Shown one piece after another: positions 12,061 to 23,599 of a stretch of DNA of 43,834 nt. Where the stretch lies: positions 54,407,626-54,451,459 of the forward strand of contig NC_068990.1 in assembly GCF_001194135.2 (NCBI RefSeq), in the 5' to 3' direction. Both the position numbers and the translations under genes were made by a program. Under the pieces are notes generated by a model. That model was not told the DNA's origin. It searched no databases and worked only from the letters and a program-made list of their open reading frames with translations. The stretch is from Octopus bimaculoides. Lineage: Eukaryota. Each line of letters opens with the position of its first letter. The first letter of the stretch is position 1.

Positions 12061-12838
12061 CAATAATAATAATATTAATAAAACACTTATCAGTGGAACC
12101 ATTGCTTATGATGGTGTATTGTTGTTTCTGATGAAACCTATTGAACAGCTACATGGATTAAGTGACTGAGAGTTTAGTGATGTGGCCAGCTGTTACTTTC
12201 AGGAAACCAATATTTGTGGTTTTAAATGTCAGGTTTTCAGAATGGAATCAAGTGCCATACTGTTCTGACACTTCCTCCAGATTTTATAATCAGTTGATTT
12301 ATTGTCTTAGACATCTCTCTACCACATTGGCAATTATAATTAATCATTTATCAAAATGTCACACTTTAATTGGTAATGTTAACAGAGATTAAATGACATT
12401 CATGCCTTTCTCGAGAATATTAGTAGTGCACATAAACTGAACACACTTTAACCAATAGCTACCTGTTTTGTAGACTTGACTGAGTGGGTCTTTACCATTT
12501 ATTCAAAGGTACTCACCACTATTGGGGAGAGCCTAGTTGGACCTTTACCTGGTAATATACATTAAAAAAAAAAAATTACAATACCAACTGGTATCAAAAC
12601 TTACTGAATATAGAAGAGGCTGTTCCTATTGATATATTTATCAGTTGAGTGCTTCTCAACCTGACACATAGTAATCTCCACCCAACCAAATGAAAATAAT
12701 ATTGAAGTTTTCATTTCTCTCCCTTATCATCGAATAGCCATTTTGATAATGTTTCTTTCGGTGTCACTCATTCAACTCTGATTTATTTTATATCAGACAT
12801 TTTAATGTTCCCTTTATCTTAATATTTCTCTTCTCCAA

Positions 12839-13053
12839 GGCAGTGAGCTGGCAGAATCATTAGCACTTCAGGCAAAATGCTAAGTGGCATTTCATCCATC
12901 TTTACATCTGAGTTCAAATTCTGCTGAGGTCAACATAGCCTTTCATCTGTTCAGAGTTGATAAGATAAGTACCAGTTGAGCACTTGGGTTGATGTAATCA
13001 ACTTACTCCCTCCCTCGAAATTGCTGGCCTTGTGCCAAAATTTCAAACCAATA
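12839..13053 (+). mobile_element. tRNA-derived SINE, family A, full length
   Basis: A-box-like tggcagaatc and B-box-like gagttcaaattc, central gcctttcatc...gttgataagataagtaccag, and 3' ggccttgtgccaaaattt. Confidence 0.9.
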
Positions 13054-13164
13054 TTTCTCTTCTGCTCTCCACTCTTTCTCTTTGTCTATGTGCATGAGGA
13101 GAGGGAAAATATTTAGATGAATTGTGCAATGTCTCTCATTCTTTCTATCTGTATGTTCATATTG

Positions 13165-13205
13165 CTATGCATGCATGCACGTGTGTCTGTGTGTGTGCAT
13201 GCATG

Positions 13206-13245
<40 letters not shown>

Positions 13246-13262
13246 CGTGCGTGTGTATGTGT
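13165..13262 (+). repeat. (TG)n/(GCAT)n compound microsatellite
   Basis: Direct reading. Confidence 0.95.
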
Positions 13263-13761
13263 TTGCCTCCAGTCCCAAAACATACTGTTGCTAAAAGAGG
13301 TTGAATATCCAGTTAGCCAAGCTAGATAATCAGTCTCCAAACAGCTGTGTCAAGTAGTCTCGTTCCTCCATCCTCTATATCAATGACAAGACAATATAGA
13401 GCTTATATCCATTTTTTAAAATGATGATTAATTCTGTATTGTGTTTCAGGATGGTCATTGGACAAGTTTAAAAAGTTTAGAAACCATCTTCATTTTATTA
13501 ACCACCATGATTTGTTCGTTCCCTTTTTAATTCTCACAACACTCCCTCTCACTTCCTCTGTGGACCAGTACCAGTCTGTGGATCATTTGCTACTGGGCTA
13601 AAAAGAAATAATCAACTTGTTTAAAATTATATAATAGATAAATTGAATATTGAACTTTAATTTTAAAAGATTTGTTTAAATATTCAATATTCATCTACTC
13701 AATACTATCTATCACAACTGTAAGCACTTTTTACAATTAATGTATATTTTTATTTATTTCT

Positions 13762-14534
13762 AACTAGCAGAGATACCTGATGTTGCTTGGAATTGAAATG
13801 GCATGGTTTTTTATTCTTTTACTTGTTTCAGTCATTTAACTGTGGCCAAGCTGGAGCACAATCTTTAGTTGAACAAAAAGAAAGAAAGAAAGAAAGAGGG
13901 AGGGAGGGAGGGAGAGAGGGAGAAAAGAGAAAGAAAGAGGGAACGAAAAAGAATGNNNNNNNNNNNNNNNNNNNNNNNNNNNNNNNNNNNNNNNNNNNNN
14001 NNNNNNNNNNNNNNNNNNNNNNNNNNNNNNNNNNNNNNNNNNNNNNNNNNNNNNNNNNNNNNNNNNNNNNNNNNNNNNNNNNNNNNNNNNNGAAAGAACA
14101 AAAGAAAGAAAAAGAGAAAGAAAGAAAGAGGGAGGGAGGGAGAGAGGGAGAAAGAAAGAGGGAAAAATAAAGAAAAAGGAAAGAAAGGATGGAAGAAAGG
14201 AAGGAAAGAGAGAAAGAACAAAAGAAAGAAAAAGAGAAAGAAAGAAAGAGGGAGGGAGGGAGGGAGAGAGGGAGAAAAGAGAAAGAAAGAGGGAACGAAA
14301 AAGAATGAAAGAAAGAAAGAAAGAGAGAGAAAGAAAGAAGTAAAGAAAGGAAGAAAGAAAGAAAGGAAAGAGAGAGAAAAAAAGAAAAAGGAAGAAAAAG
14401 GAGAGAAGGAAAGAAAGAAAGAGGGAAGAAGAAAGAAAGAGAGAGGGAGAAAGAACAAAAGAAAGTCTGAAAGAAAGAATGAAAGAAAGGGAAAGAACAA
14501 AAGAAAGAAAGAGAGAGGGAAAAGGAAATAAAAG

Positions 14535-14568
<34 letters not shown>

Positions 14569-15090
14569 GAAGGAAGGAGGGCGAGAAACAAAGAAAGAAA
14601 GGGAGAAAGAAAGAAAGGAGGGAGGAGGGAGAAAGAAAGGGGAGAGGGGGAAGAAAGGAAGAGGGAGGGAGGGAGAAAGAAAGAAAGAAGGAAGGAGGGA
14701 GAAAGAAAAAGAAAGAAGGAAAGAAAGGAAGGAGGGCGGAAGGAATGAAAGAAAGAACAAAAGAAAGAGGGAGAAAGAGAGAAAGAAGATATAAACTAAA
14801 AGACAGAAACTATTACAGAGGATGAGAGAGGATATATGTAAGCAAGAGAAACAGAATGAGAAAAGGGAGAGAATCAGTTGAAAACTGCAGTTTTTAGAGA
14901 AAAACCCATGTAAAACACCTCTTTTTCCTGTTTCTCACTTTACATGGGAGCTCTGGGCAAAAAATTATAGTGCATGACCATCCTTGGCACATTAGTAATG
15001 TATGTATAATGTTTGGTGAAAATCGGTTGAAAACTGTAGAAATGCATTTGTATTACACACACAGACATCCTTTGTTTTACATATATAGAT
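13762..15090. mobile_element. Non-autonomous Helentron/HINE (DINE-1/Lep1-like) element with an expanded internal GA-rich repeat
   Basis: One end is aactagcagagatacctgatgttgcttgg; the other is aaaatcggttgaaaactgtaga...acacacacagacatcc...atatatagat. These are the characteristic ends of DINE-1/HINE-type elements as I recall them. Confidence 0.6.
13868..14800 (+). repeat. Polypurine (GAAA/GGGA/GAGA) low-complexity tract with internal higher-order repeats
   Basis: Almost exclusively A/G. The unit gaaagaacaaaagaaagaaaaagagaaagaaagaaagagggagggaggga recurs at ~14092 and ~14213. Contains a gap. Confidence 0.95.
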
Positions 15091-15149
15091 AATTTTCAAC
15101 TAATTTTCTAATCCCAACTAATTTTCAGATTTTAAAGAATTTTGGTACA

Positions 15150-16933
15150 ATGACCCAAAAGCAAATGTCACTGATGAGGTAACAGAAGGGTCACAGAGTG
15201 CAAACAAAAAGAAAGCTGCATTTAAAAGAAAATACCGAGGGTCCTACATAAAATACAGGTTCATCACAGCATATGATTCACATACTCCACAACTGCTCTA
15301 CACTGCTGGTGAATGACAAGCTAATGAAGCCATGAAACCTTGAAAATCATTTCACCACATGGAGAGCAAGCACCCTGCATTAAAAGACAAGACCTTGGAA
15401 TTTTTTGAAAGAAAAAAAATGAACATGAAGTACAGAAGCAATTACTGAAAACCACTACTTCAACAAATGTGTCTGTTCTGAAAGCATCATTCTTAATAGC
15501 TAACCACATTACTGAAGCCAAAAAACCCTTCACTATTGGTGAAAAGTTGATTTTGCCTGCTGTTAAGGACATTTGCAGTGAAATTTTCAGAGAGAAAGCA
15601 GCTAAAAAGGTTGCAAACATTGCTCTTTCAGCTAGCACTGTAACAAGGCAAATTAATGAAGTAGCAGAGGATGTCAAAGTACAGTAGTTAGAAAGTATTA
15701 ATGAGTCACCGTGGTACACAATTCAGGTAGACGAATCTACTAGTGTTGACAACAAGGCAATATTGCTTGTTTTTGCACGTTATATTTTTCAGGAAGATGT
15801 GCACTGTTTTACCAACTAACACTACAGCTACAAAACTATTCAAATCCTTGAACGATTACATATCAGGAAAACTTAATTGGTCATTTTGTGTTGATATATG
15901 TATGGACCAAGTGGCTGCGATGACTGGATGGCTTTCTGGTCTTAGAACATGGATCAAGGAAGTTGCTTCCAAAAGTGAGTCTATGCACTGCGTCATTCAG
16001 AGAAAAATGCTGTCAAACTGAAAGATGTTACCCAAGCTTAATAGCGTTTTGCAAGATGTGATTAAAGTTATTAACTACATTAAGATACATGCTCTTAACT
16101 CGTGCCTGTTTGAGCAGCTTTGTGAGGAGATGGATGCAGAACAAAAATTTTCTCATGTACACAGAAGTCAGATGGCTTTCTAAAGGCAAATCACTAGCTA
16201 GAGATTTTTGAGTTACAAGAGCCACTTCAGATATTTGTTTTAGAAAAGAAGACTCCACTGGCAATGCATTTCAATAACACCAAATGGATTGCAACACTTG
16301 CTTACCTGTATGACATATTTAATCAGCTCTAAATCTCTCACTTCAGGGGGAAATGACCAAGGTTTTCAAGTCAGCAGATAAGATTACTGCATTCAAAGCC
16401 AAACTTAAATTATAGAAACGGCATATGAACACTGGAATTTTTGATGTTTCACACATTGGAAAGGATTATGGAAGAGACTGAACCCAGGCCTTCATTCACT
16501 GAGTGAGTGTGTGATCACCTGTACCAGTTTTCAAAAGTGTTTGAACATTACTTTCCAACCACAAAAGACCTCTGAACAGGAAAGAAATCAATCTGCAATC
16601 TGTTTGTGAACAAGTCAGGTGAATCAATTTTAACCCTGATAGAAGAAGATCAGCTGGTTGCCAATACAAATGATGGTGGCCTTAAAAGTATATTTGAGAC
16701 AACAGCAAACCTCCTTGCATTCTGGATTAAAGTCAAGACAGAATATCCTGACCGCAAAAACACTGAAAGCTCTGCTTCCTTTTCTAACATCAGGGTTTTC
16801 TGCAATGACAATAACCAAAACAAAATTATGAAGTAGACTAGACATAAGGAACACACTTTGAGTGTCATTGTCTCCCATCACTCCCAGATGGGACCATCTA
16901 GTTTCAGGGAAACAAGCATAGGGCTCCCACTGA
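15150..16933 (+). pseudogene. hAT (Charlie/Buster; ZBED5/SCAND3-like) transposase pseudogene
   Basis: MTQKQMSL...KKKAAFKRKY, KKPFTIGEKLILPA, IQVDESTSVDNK, SGKLNWSFCVDIC, HCVIQR, WLSKG, FWIKVKTEYP, ending GSH-stop. Multiple stops and frameshifts. Confidence 0.92.
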
Positions 16934-17744
16934 TTCTATATTATAGTGAGTTGATATTGATTTGATAATAGTGTAATAGGTATTGATTTAAAGAAACTAA
17001 GCACACAAGTGTGTGGTTGGGCTGGAGCCCAGACATGAGTCAAAAGATTATACACTTTTTCTTCCCTTTAATAAATTTCTCTTTTTATTGTTGCTTTCTT
17101 TATTGAAATGCACTTAAATTGCACATATGTGCCGCTACCAGTCTGCAAAAGGATTGTCCAGCATGAAGTCAGTCTGTGGTATAAAAATGGTTGGAGACCA
17201 CTTAAACAATTCAATACATGTAACATTAAGAGAAACATAACCATCTGACGTATTTATAAAGAATCTATCTATAGTAAAAGAAAGACAAACTGGGCAATGC
17301 CTGTTTTAAGAGTTTTTACAGTTTCATCAGCAGTCACACTACATTTTACTACCACCATGGGATTGTACTTATAACTACTGTTGTTATATTACACATACAC
17401 ACACATATCTAGCTTTCACTTCTCATATAGAATCTTGTTTTCAGCCATTGAGTATGTTTGCGAAATTGTGACATAGTAAATACCATTTTCGACTACATCT
17501 CTAACTGATGCTGTTCACCCCTTCTTAGACATAGGATCATATTGAGAGGTACAGTTAGAGTAAGCACAGTCCACCTTGGCATGTTGCCAGTACTTTATTG
17601 TCATTTTAATCACGCAAGAGAGAAGATGACATGTAAAATTTATCTTAGGTGGTTTCTAAGATTGGTGAAGGAAATGAAATACTGCTCTGTCAAATCAATG
17701 TTTACTCAGAGCAGTGAACATTGATTTATGACAATGTACAAGGC

Positions 17745-18160
17745 CACAGATTTAAGGGTTTCAGTGTAGTTAATTAAATCAACCCTAGTATTTGAGTGGA
17801 ATCTTATTTTAGAAACTCTGGAAGAATGAAAGGACTGAAAGGCAAAGTTTACCTTGGTAGGATTCAAAATCAGAATGTAATGATGTGTGATGGAATATTT
17901 AAGGAATTTGTCAAATATTTTATGGTTCTGTCAAACTGTGTCTCCCCAACACCAACTTTTTTGTCCCACATTGCTATAAAGTCAGTGGTAGGGTAGTGAA
18001 TTGGCAGAATTTACTGTCCTACCACTGCAGTGTCTGTTAAAATGTCATGTATTCAGTTGTGATCATGAGTTCAAATTCTGCTGAGGTCAACTTTACCTTT
18101 CATCTTTCCAAGGTTAATAAAATAAAATATCAGTCAGGTACTAGGATGGATATAATACTT
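17745..18160. mobile_element. Two degenerate family A SINEs in head-to-head orientation (~17745-17930 minus; ~17990-18160 plus)
   Basis: gaaaggcaaagtttaccttgg on the left; tggcagaattt...gagttcaaattctgctgaggtcaac on the right. Confidence 0.65.
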
Positions 18161-18444
18161 ATATTAAACACCTTAGATATAAATGAAATTATAATAAAAG
18201 ACCTAAACCAGAACTCCTTCCACTTTCATTTTGGAAAATAAATCAATTTCTAAGAAAAACACAATATACTATGTACTAACAGCCATCCCTGGTTTGGTGT
18301 GTTCACTTCAGGAATGACAGAATCACATAAAATATTAATTATGGCAGAATTAATATTGGTTGGATCAATAGAGGAAGCAGCATTATTGGAAGATGTCTGA
18401 AATTAAGATAATAAGATTGTCACACAGTTCAGAGTATTTATATC

Positions 18445-18985
18445 TTTTAATTGTTTCAGTCATTAGACTGCAGCCATGCTGGGAGACTGCCTTGAAGAAT
18501 TTTTAGTCAAATGAATTGACCCCAGTACTTATTTTTTTGTTAAGCCTGGTGCTTATTGTATCGACCTCTTTTTGCCAAACTGCTAAGTTACAAGAACATA
18601 AACACACCAACACCAGTTATCAAGCGATAGTGGGGGACAAACACAGACACAAAAACATGCACATGTAAAGTAGTTGGCATTAGGAAGGGTATCTAACTGT
18701 AGAAACCATATCAAAACAGACAACTGGAGTTTGGACAGCTCCCTAGCTGGCCTACTCCTGTCAAGCCATCCAACATGCCAACATGGAAAATGGATGTTAA
18801 ATGATTATGATAATGATGAGATGATGATGAAGGAGATATATACGATGGGCTTCTTTCAGTTTCTGTCTACCAAATCCACTCACAAGGCTTTGGTTGGTCT
18901 GTGGTTATTGTAGAAGACACTTACCCAAGGTGTCACATGGAGGGACCAAACCTGGAACCATGTGGTTGGGAAGCAAACTTCTTAA
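18445..18985 (-). mobile_element. Long tRNA/CORE-like SINE (family C) interrupted by a family B retroposon
   Basis: The head at ~18850-18985 reads on minus as aagtttgcttcccaaccacatggttccaggttt...ccttgggtaagtgtctt. The tail at 18445-18660 is ...cagcatggctgcagtctaatgactgaaac. A nested insert occupies ~18665-18830. Confidence 0.75.
18665..18830 (+). mobile_element. Family B short retroposon with a (GAT)n tail, nested in a family C SINE
   Basis: ttggcattaggaagggtatctaactgtagaaac...ccaacatgccaacatggaaaatggatgttaaatgat(gat)n. Confidence 0.8.
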
Positions 18986-19177
18986 GAATATATTGCCCAT
19001 ATACAGTGGTGGGTCTCTTAAGCTTTTCTCTGCCCCAACCTCAACCATTGTTTTCTTTTTCTGACTGTTTCTGATAAGTCATTTGTTTCCCTTATTTGAT
19101 TTTCCTAAAAATTCATTGATGACATGACATAAGCTTATTAAATATTCAAAATATACTTTCACATTCCCTCCGTTTCT

Positions 19178-19628
19178 TTACACACACACACGTACACACA
19201 CACACACACACACACACACGTACACACACACACACACACACACACACGTACACACAGTGTACACGTGGCATACACACAAAGACATACTGATGGTCAGTCT
19301 TTAAAAATAGTTACATACACATACATACACAATTACAAAGAAAGAAAAGCATATGTATATGTGTGTGTGTATGTGTATGTATATATATGTATATGTGTAT
19401 GTGTATATATATATACATTTATACATACATATATATGCAAATGTACACAGTGTCATATTTCATGAACATAAAGTAAAATGCCCTTCCCCACAAACTGGCA
19501 CTTGCATGCACAAATGTAATTAATGCGTGAATATATGTGCACATTCATATACACTCTCTTTCTCTCTCTAACACACATGTATACACATGCATACATTTAC
19601 ATATGTATACACATGTATGTTTGTGTGT

Positions 19629-19714
<86 letters not shown>

Positions 19715-19801
19715 NNNNNNNNNNNNNNNNNNNNNNNNNNNNNNNNNNNNNNNNNNNNNNNNNNNNNNNNNNNNNNNNNNNNNNNNNNNNNNNNNNNNNN
19801 N

Positions 19802-19860
<59 letters not shown>

Positions 19861-19960
19861 GTGTATGTATATATATGTGCATGTGTGTGTGATCATGTAC
19901 TAATGTATGTATGTATGTATGTATATATGTGTGCATTTGTGTGTGTGTGATCATGTACTA
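19178..19960 (+). repeat. Compound (CA)n/(TG)n/(TA)n microsatellite field with a gap
   Basis: Direct reading; (CA)n is interrupted periodically by cacgta. Confidence 0.93.
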
Positions 19961-20639
19961 AAGTTCAGAAGTTTACACAGTATTACTCCCAGCTGTTGCT
20001 TGATCATGACAAATCTGTTCCTTTTCTTGTTTGCCAGTCTTTCTTGTCTACGTAGAATGTGATCCACGTTTGTTATCTGCCTCTGGTTTATCCATTTTAA
20101 TCAATGCTGCCATGCAATCACTAATTGTTGTATTGTCGACGTAGCTAAATGACCAAACAGCTTAACACATCATCTGCTTTACCTCAAAAATGAATCTTGC
20201 ATAGATATTACAATACTGACTGGGAAAAAGAAGTACAAAATCCCTAAAAGTATTAAATATCTATATTTTCTAATAAAAAATTATCATTTCAATGAAATAT
20301 TTCATAATTTTTCAACAAGTTTTCTCTCTCTGCTTCAAATAGAAATTTGGCAAAAGAAAGGAGCACCATTAAATATAAAACCATCACAACAAACTTGAGG
20401 CTTTAAACATCAAATGACTTTTTGATTTTTAATTCAAAGAAGATTCTTTACTTTAAAAAACAGAACAAAAAGGCAAAAAAAAACCGGACAAAACCCTGGT
20501 ATTTTTTTGAGGGTTCGTTCATTGACAAGAATATTAAAGATAATCAAGGATTATTACTAATTACTGAACTGATATCATACCTGTCCAAATACATTATTTA
20601 AGCACCAGAATTGTAAGTTCAATTGTTTATTCTTTTATT

Positions 20640-20825
20640 TTTTTATTTGCTTCAGTCACTGGCCTGTAGTCATGCTGGAGCACCGACTTGAAATCAACCA
20701 CAATATTTATTTTTTATATTTGGCACTTATTCTTCTTTTAGTTCCATTTTGCTGAAATATTAAGTTATGGGGACATAAACAAACCATCACTAGTTTCAAG
20801 TTGTAAAAGAAAAGTACAAACATAT
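20640..20825 (-). mobile_element. Family C SINE 3' fragment
   Basis: tttgcttcagtcactggcctgtagtcatgctggagcaccg...taagttatggggacataaacaaacc, homologous to 18445-18660. Confidence 0.7.
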
Positions 20826-20934
20826 ACACATACCCCCACACACATACATACATTCATACATACAAACATGCATACATACATACATGCATACATACATTCA
20901 TGCATGTATGCATACATACATGCTTACATGCATC

Positions 20935-22840
20935 ACACAGCTGCATCCTTGTTACACGAGAAAAGCCATTGCCAAGAAGACTTACTGAAATGATTCATGA
21001 TTGTTGCCATGTGATGCCTGGCCAAGCTTTTACACATTTTATTACATACTAGACAACTGTGATGGCTGGCAAGAGAAACAGTTGCCACCATATGTACTCT
21101 CTTAACATGTCTTTTTAGACCTCCAGCTGAGAGGTACACCCTTCCACATTTTAAACACGTTCTGTTATGAATTTTAATAGCCACATCATTATTTATCATG
21201 GGTCGATTTCTATGAGAATTTTGATGGCTCACCAGGCCTGGATGACTCAGACACCTCTGCCCACAAACCACACGCATAAAAAGCAACACTCTCTCACTTT
21301 CCACAGCTTCCCCACTTCTAAGCCCCCTCCTAATTTTCTCATTCTTCCCTCTCTACTTCTCAAACCTTGAACAACCATCATGCATTATCTTCCTCCATCC
21401 ATCACAGTCTTGTGCCTCCCTTTCCTAATTACCAGCTGCAATTCCTGTCTGTATTAGAGCATTTTTAAAGCAATCCTTAAACCTTAGTTTAGGCTTATGT
21501 GCTGGTCTCCTGCTATCTTTCAGCTCATCATACAATAGCTGCTTGGGCAGTNNNNNNNNNNNNNNNNNNNNNNNNNNNNNNNNNNNNNNNNNNNNNNNNN
21601 NNNNNNNNNNNNNNNNNNNNNNNNNNNNNNNNNNNNNNNNNNNNNNNNNNNNNNNNNNNNNNNNNNNNNNNNNNNNNNNNNNNNNNNNNNNNNNNNNNNN
21701 NNNNNNNNNNNNNNTCCACAGATGCCTATCAAGCCTACCAAAAGCACTACTAGCCCTGCTGATTCTGTATGAAATTTCATCATGAAGACCAGCAGTGCTC
21801 AAGGTACTTCCTAAATAAATAAATCTAGGTACAGTCTCCAACCTTTGACCATTCACAGTTATAAAAGGTTCCACATACATCTTGGAGGGAGCGGGCTGGT
21901 ACATTATAACAGTTTTTTTTAGATTGATTGTTAGACCCAATGCTGCACATGCTGCAGAAATCGCATTCACCATTTGCTGCATATCTTTCTGAGAATGTAT
22001 CAACAGGTCACAATCATCTGCATACAGAAACTCAACAAGGTGAGAATGCAGAACTTTCGTTTTGACATAGAGTCTTTTGAGATTGAACAGTTTTTCTGTT
22101 GTCCTATATCTTATATAGACCCCTTCAGGGCAATCTTTAAAAGGTATTTGAAAGACTATTGGGAAATATATAGCAAAGAGTGTAGGAGCAGGAATATCAC
22201 CTTGCTTTACACCATTTTCTACAGAAATTGGATTTGATAAAGTACCTCCAACATTAACTCTCAATTTCATCTTGTCATGAAATTGTCTAAGCATTCTCAC
22301 AAATTTTTCAGGGCATCCTAGCTTTTTTAGGATCTCCCAAAGTGCGATTCTATTGATAGAATCAAACGTTTTTGTTAGGTCAATGAAAACCTGATATAAG
22401 TCCATATCCTGTTCTATGCACTTCTCTTGCAACTGTCTAGCCAAAAATATCATGTCCATAGTACTCCTACTATCCCTAAACCCACATTGCGATTCTGGTA
22501 GAACCTCGTCAGCAATGTGCACAGAAGCAATCTATCCAGCATTACCCAACAGAGGACCTTTCCAGCAACAGCTAGCAGACATGTGCCACGATAATTATCA
22601 CAGACATCCTTTCCACCTTTAGATTTATATAGTATCTCCATAGTTGTATCACGCCAATCCGGAGGGACCTCTTCACTTTGCCAAACCCTCTGAATAACAT
22701 CCATCAACATTGTACAAAGATGATCACTACCATATTTACATATCTCTCTGCACCTAGTCCATTCATACCAGGGGGCTTTTCCATTGTTCAATTTCCTGAT
22801 TGCTGCTTTTATTTCACATAACAAGCTTCCACACTGTTAA
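20935..22840 (-). mobile_element. 5'-truncated RTE-clade (BovB-like) LINE: RT and C-terminal zinc fingers, followed by a (ATGT)n-type tail
   Basis: KLNNGKAP, NYRGTCLL, VLPESQCGFR, QLQEKCIEQ, VFIDLTKTFD, GVKQGD, YADD, FIYLGS, LPKQLLYDEL, KPKLRFKD; C2H2-like motifs at 20960-21260. Contains a gap. Confidence 0.92.
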
Positions 22841-23599
22841 TTTTTACTAAATTCCCTTACAAGCATTTGTAAAGCTATCAAGCAGCCTTCTTGACAGCTT
22901 TACTGGTGGAATTTAAAGCTCTTCTCTTTGCTGAACTTGTACCTTCAAGTTCAGTAAGAGCTTTGCAAAACAAACACCCTACAAAACCCTTGCAGCCTAC
23001 ATCAGCTGCTTCATGATGTGCCCTTCAGCCTTGGTAAATTTAATATATATAAACGAATGTTAGTTGTTAAACATAGTATTTTAATGTTATAAACTGTTAA
23101 GTTAGTGGCAGGCTGTAAATATACAAAATAAATGAGGCTAAAATGAACCAAATGAAGTGAATAAATACATCCTGGAACAATTGACTCTTTTTACTCCCAC
23201 CCCTAAAATCCATATATACATGCATGTATGCATCCATCCATCATACAAACAAAAATACCCTGTTGTTGACATTGAAATTCCAATAAAGGGAGCTTTGAAT
23301 CTAGGTTAGAAACTGACACTTTCTCTATTGGCAAGAAATTTCTTGAAATAAAACTGAACAATGACATACATACATACAGTTTTAAGGCGAGTCTCAAATT
23401 GTATATAGCTATAAGTAACTGTATAATACATGTTAAAAAAAAGTAGAAGCTTTTAGATTACAAAAGGTTGAAAGTTGCACACATGACTTGGACTAACATT
23501 TTTAACTCAATGCAACATGCTGCTAGTTACTGTTATATCTACAATGAGACTTACCCCTAATGGAATTTATTAATTATTGTTATTGAGAAAGTAAAGTAT

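Larger units (their letters stand above)
13550..17203 (+). mobile_element. hAT DNA transposon of the Charlie/Buster group, decayed, with nested insertions
   Basis: Transposase pseudogene at 15150-16933. Right-end-like sequence cagtctgtggtataaaaatggttggagaccac at ~17170-17202. Possible left-end remnant gtggaccagtaccagtctgtgg at ~13559-13582, resembling recalled MER1/Charlie3 ends. The left boundary is uncertain. Confidence 0.65.

Noticed and set aside
12100-12560. Decayed ORF-like sequence on the minus strand
   Set aside because: No recognisable motif and several stops.
12839-12930. tRNA gene suggested by A/B-box motifs
   Set aside because: The boxes are too widely spaced and continue into the SINE body found in many copies; it is a SINE head.
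13787-14760. Long ORFs rich in K/E/R (plus strand) or F/L/S (minus strand)
   Set aside because: They are translations of the polypurine microsatellite, with no splice or domain support.
19990-20200. Possible exon (acceptor-like sites on both strands; YVDNTTISDCMAALIKMDKPEA on minus)
   Set aside because: No consistent donor/acceptor pair with a plausible intron and no recognisable homology.
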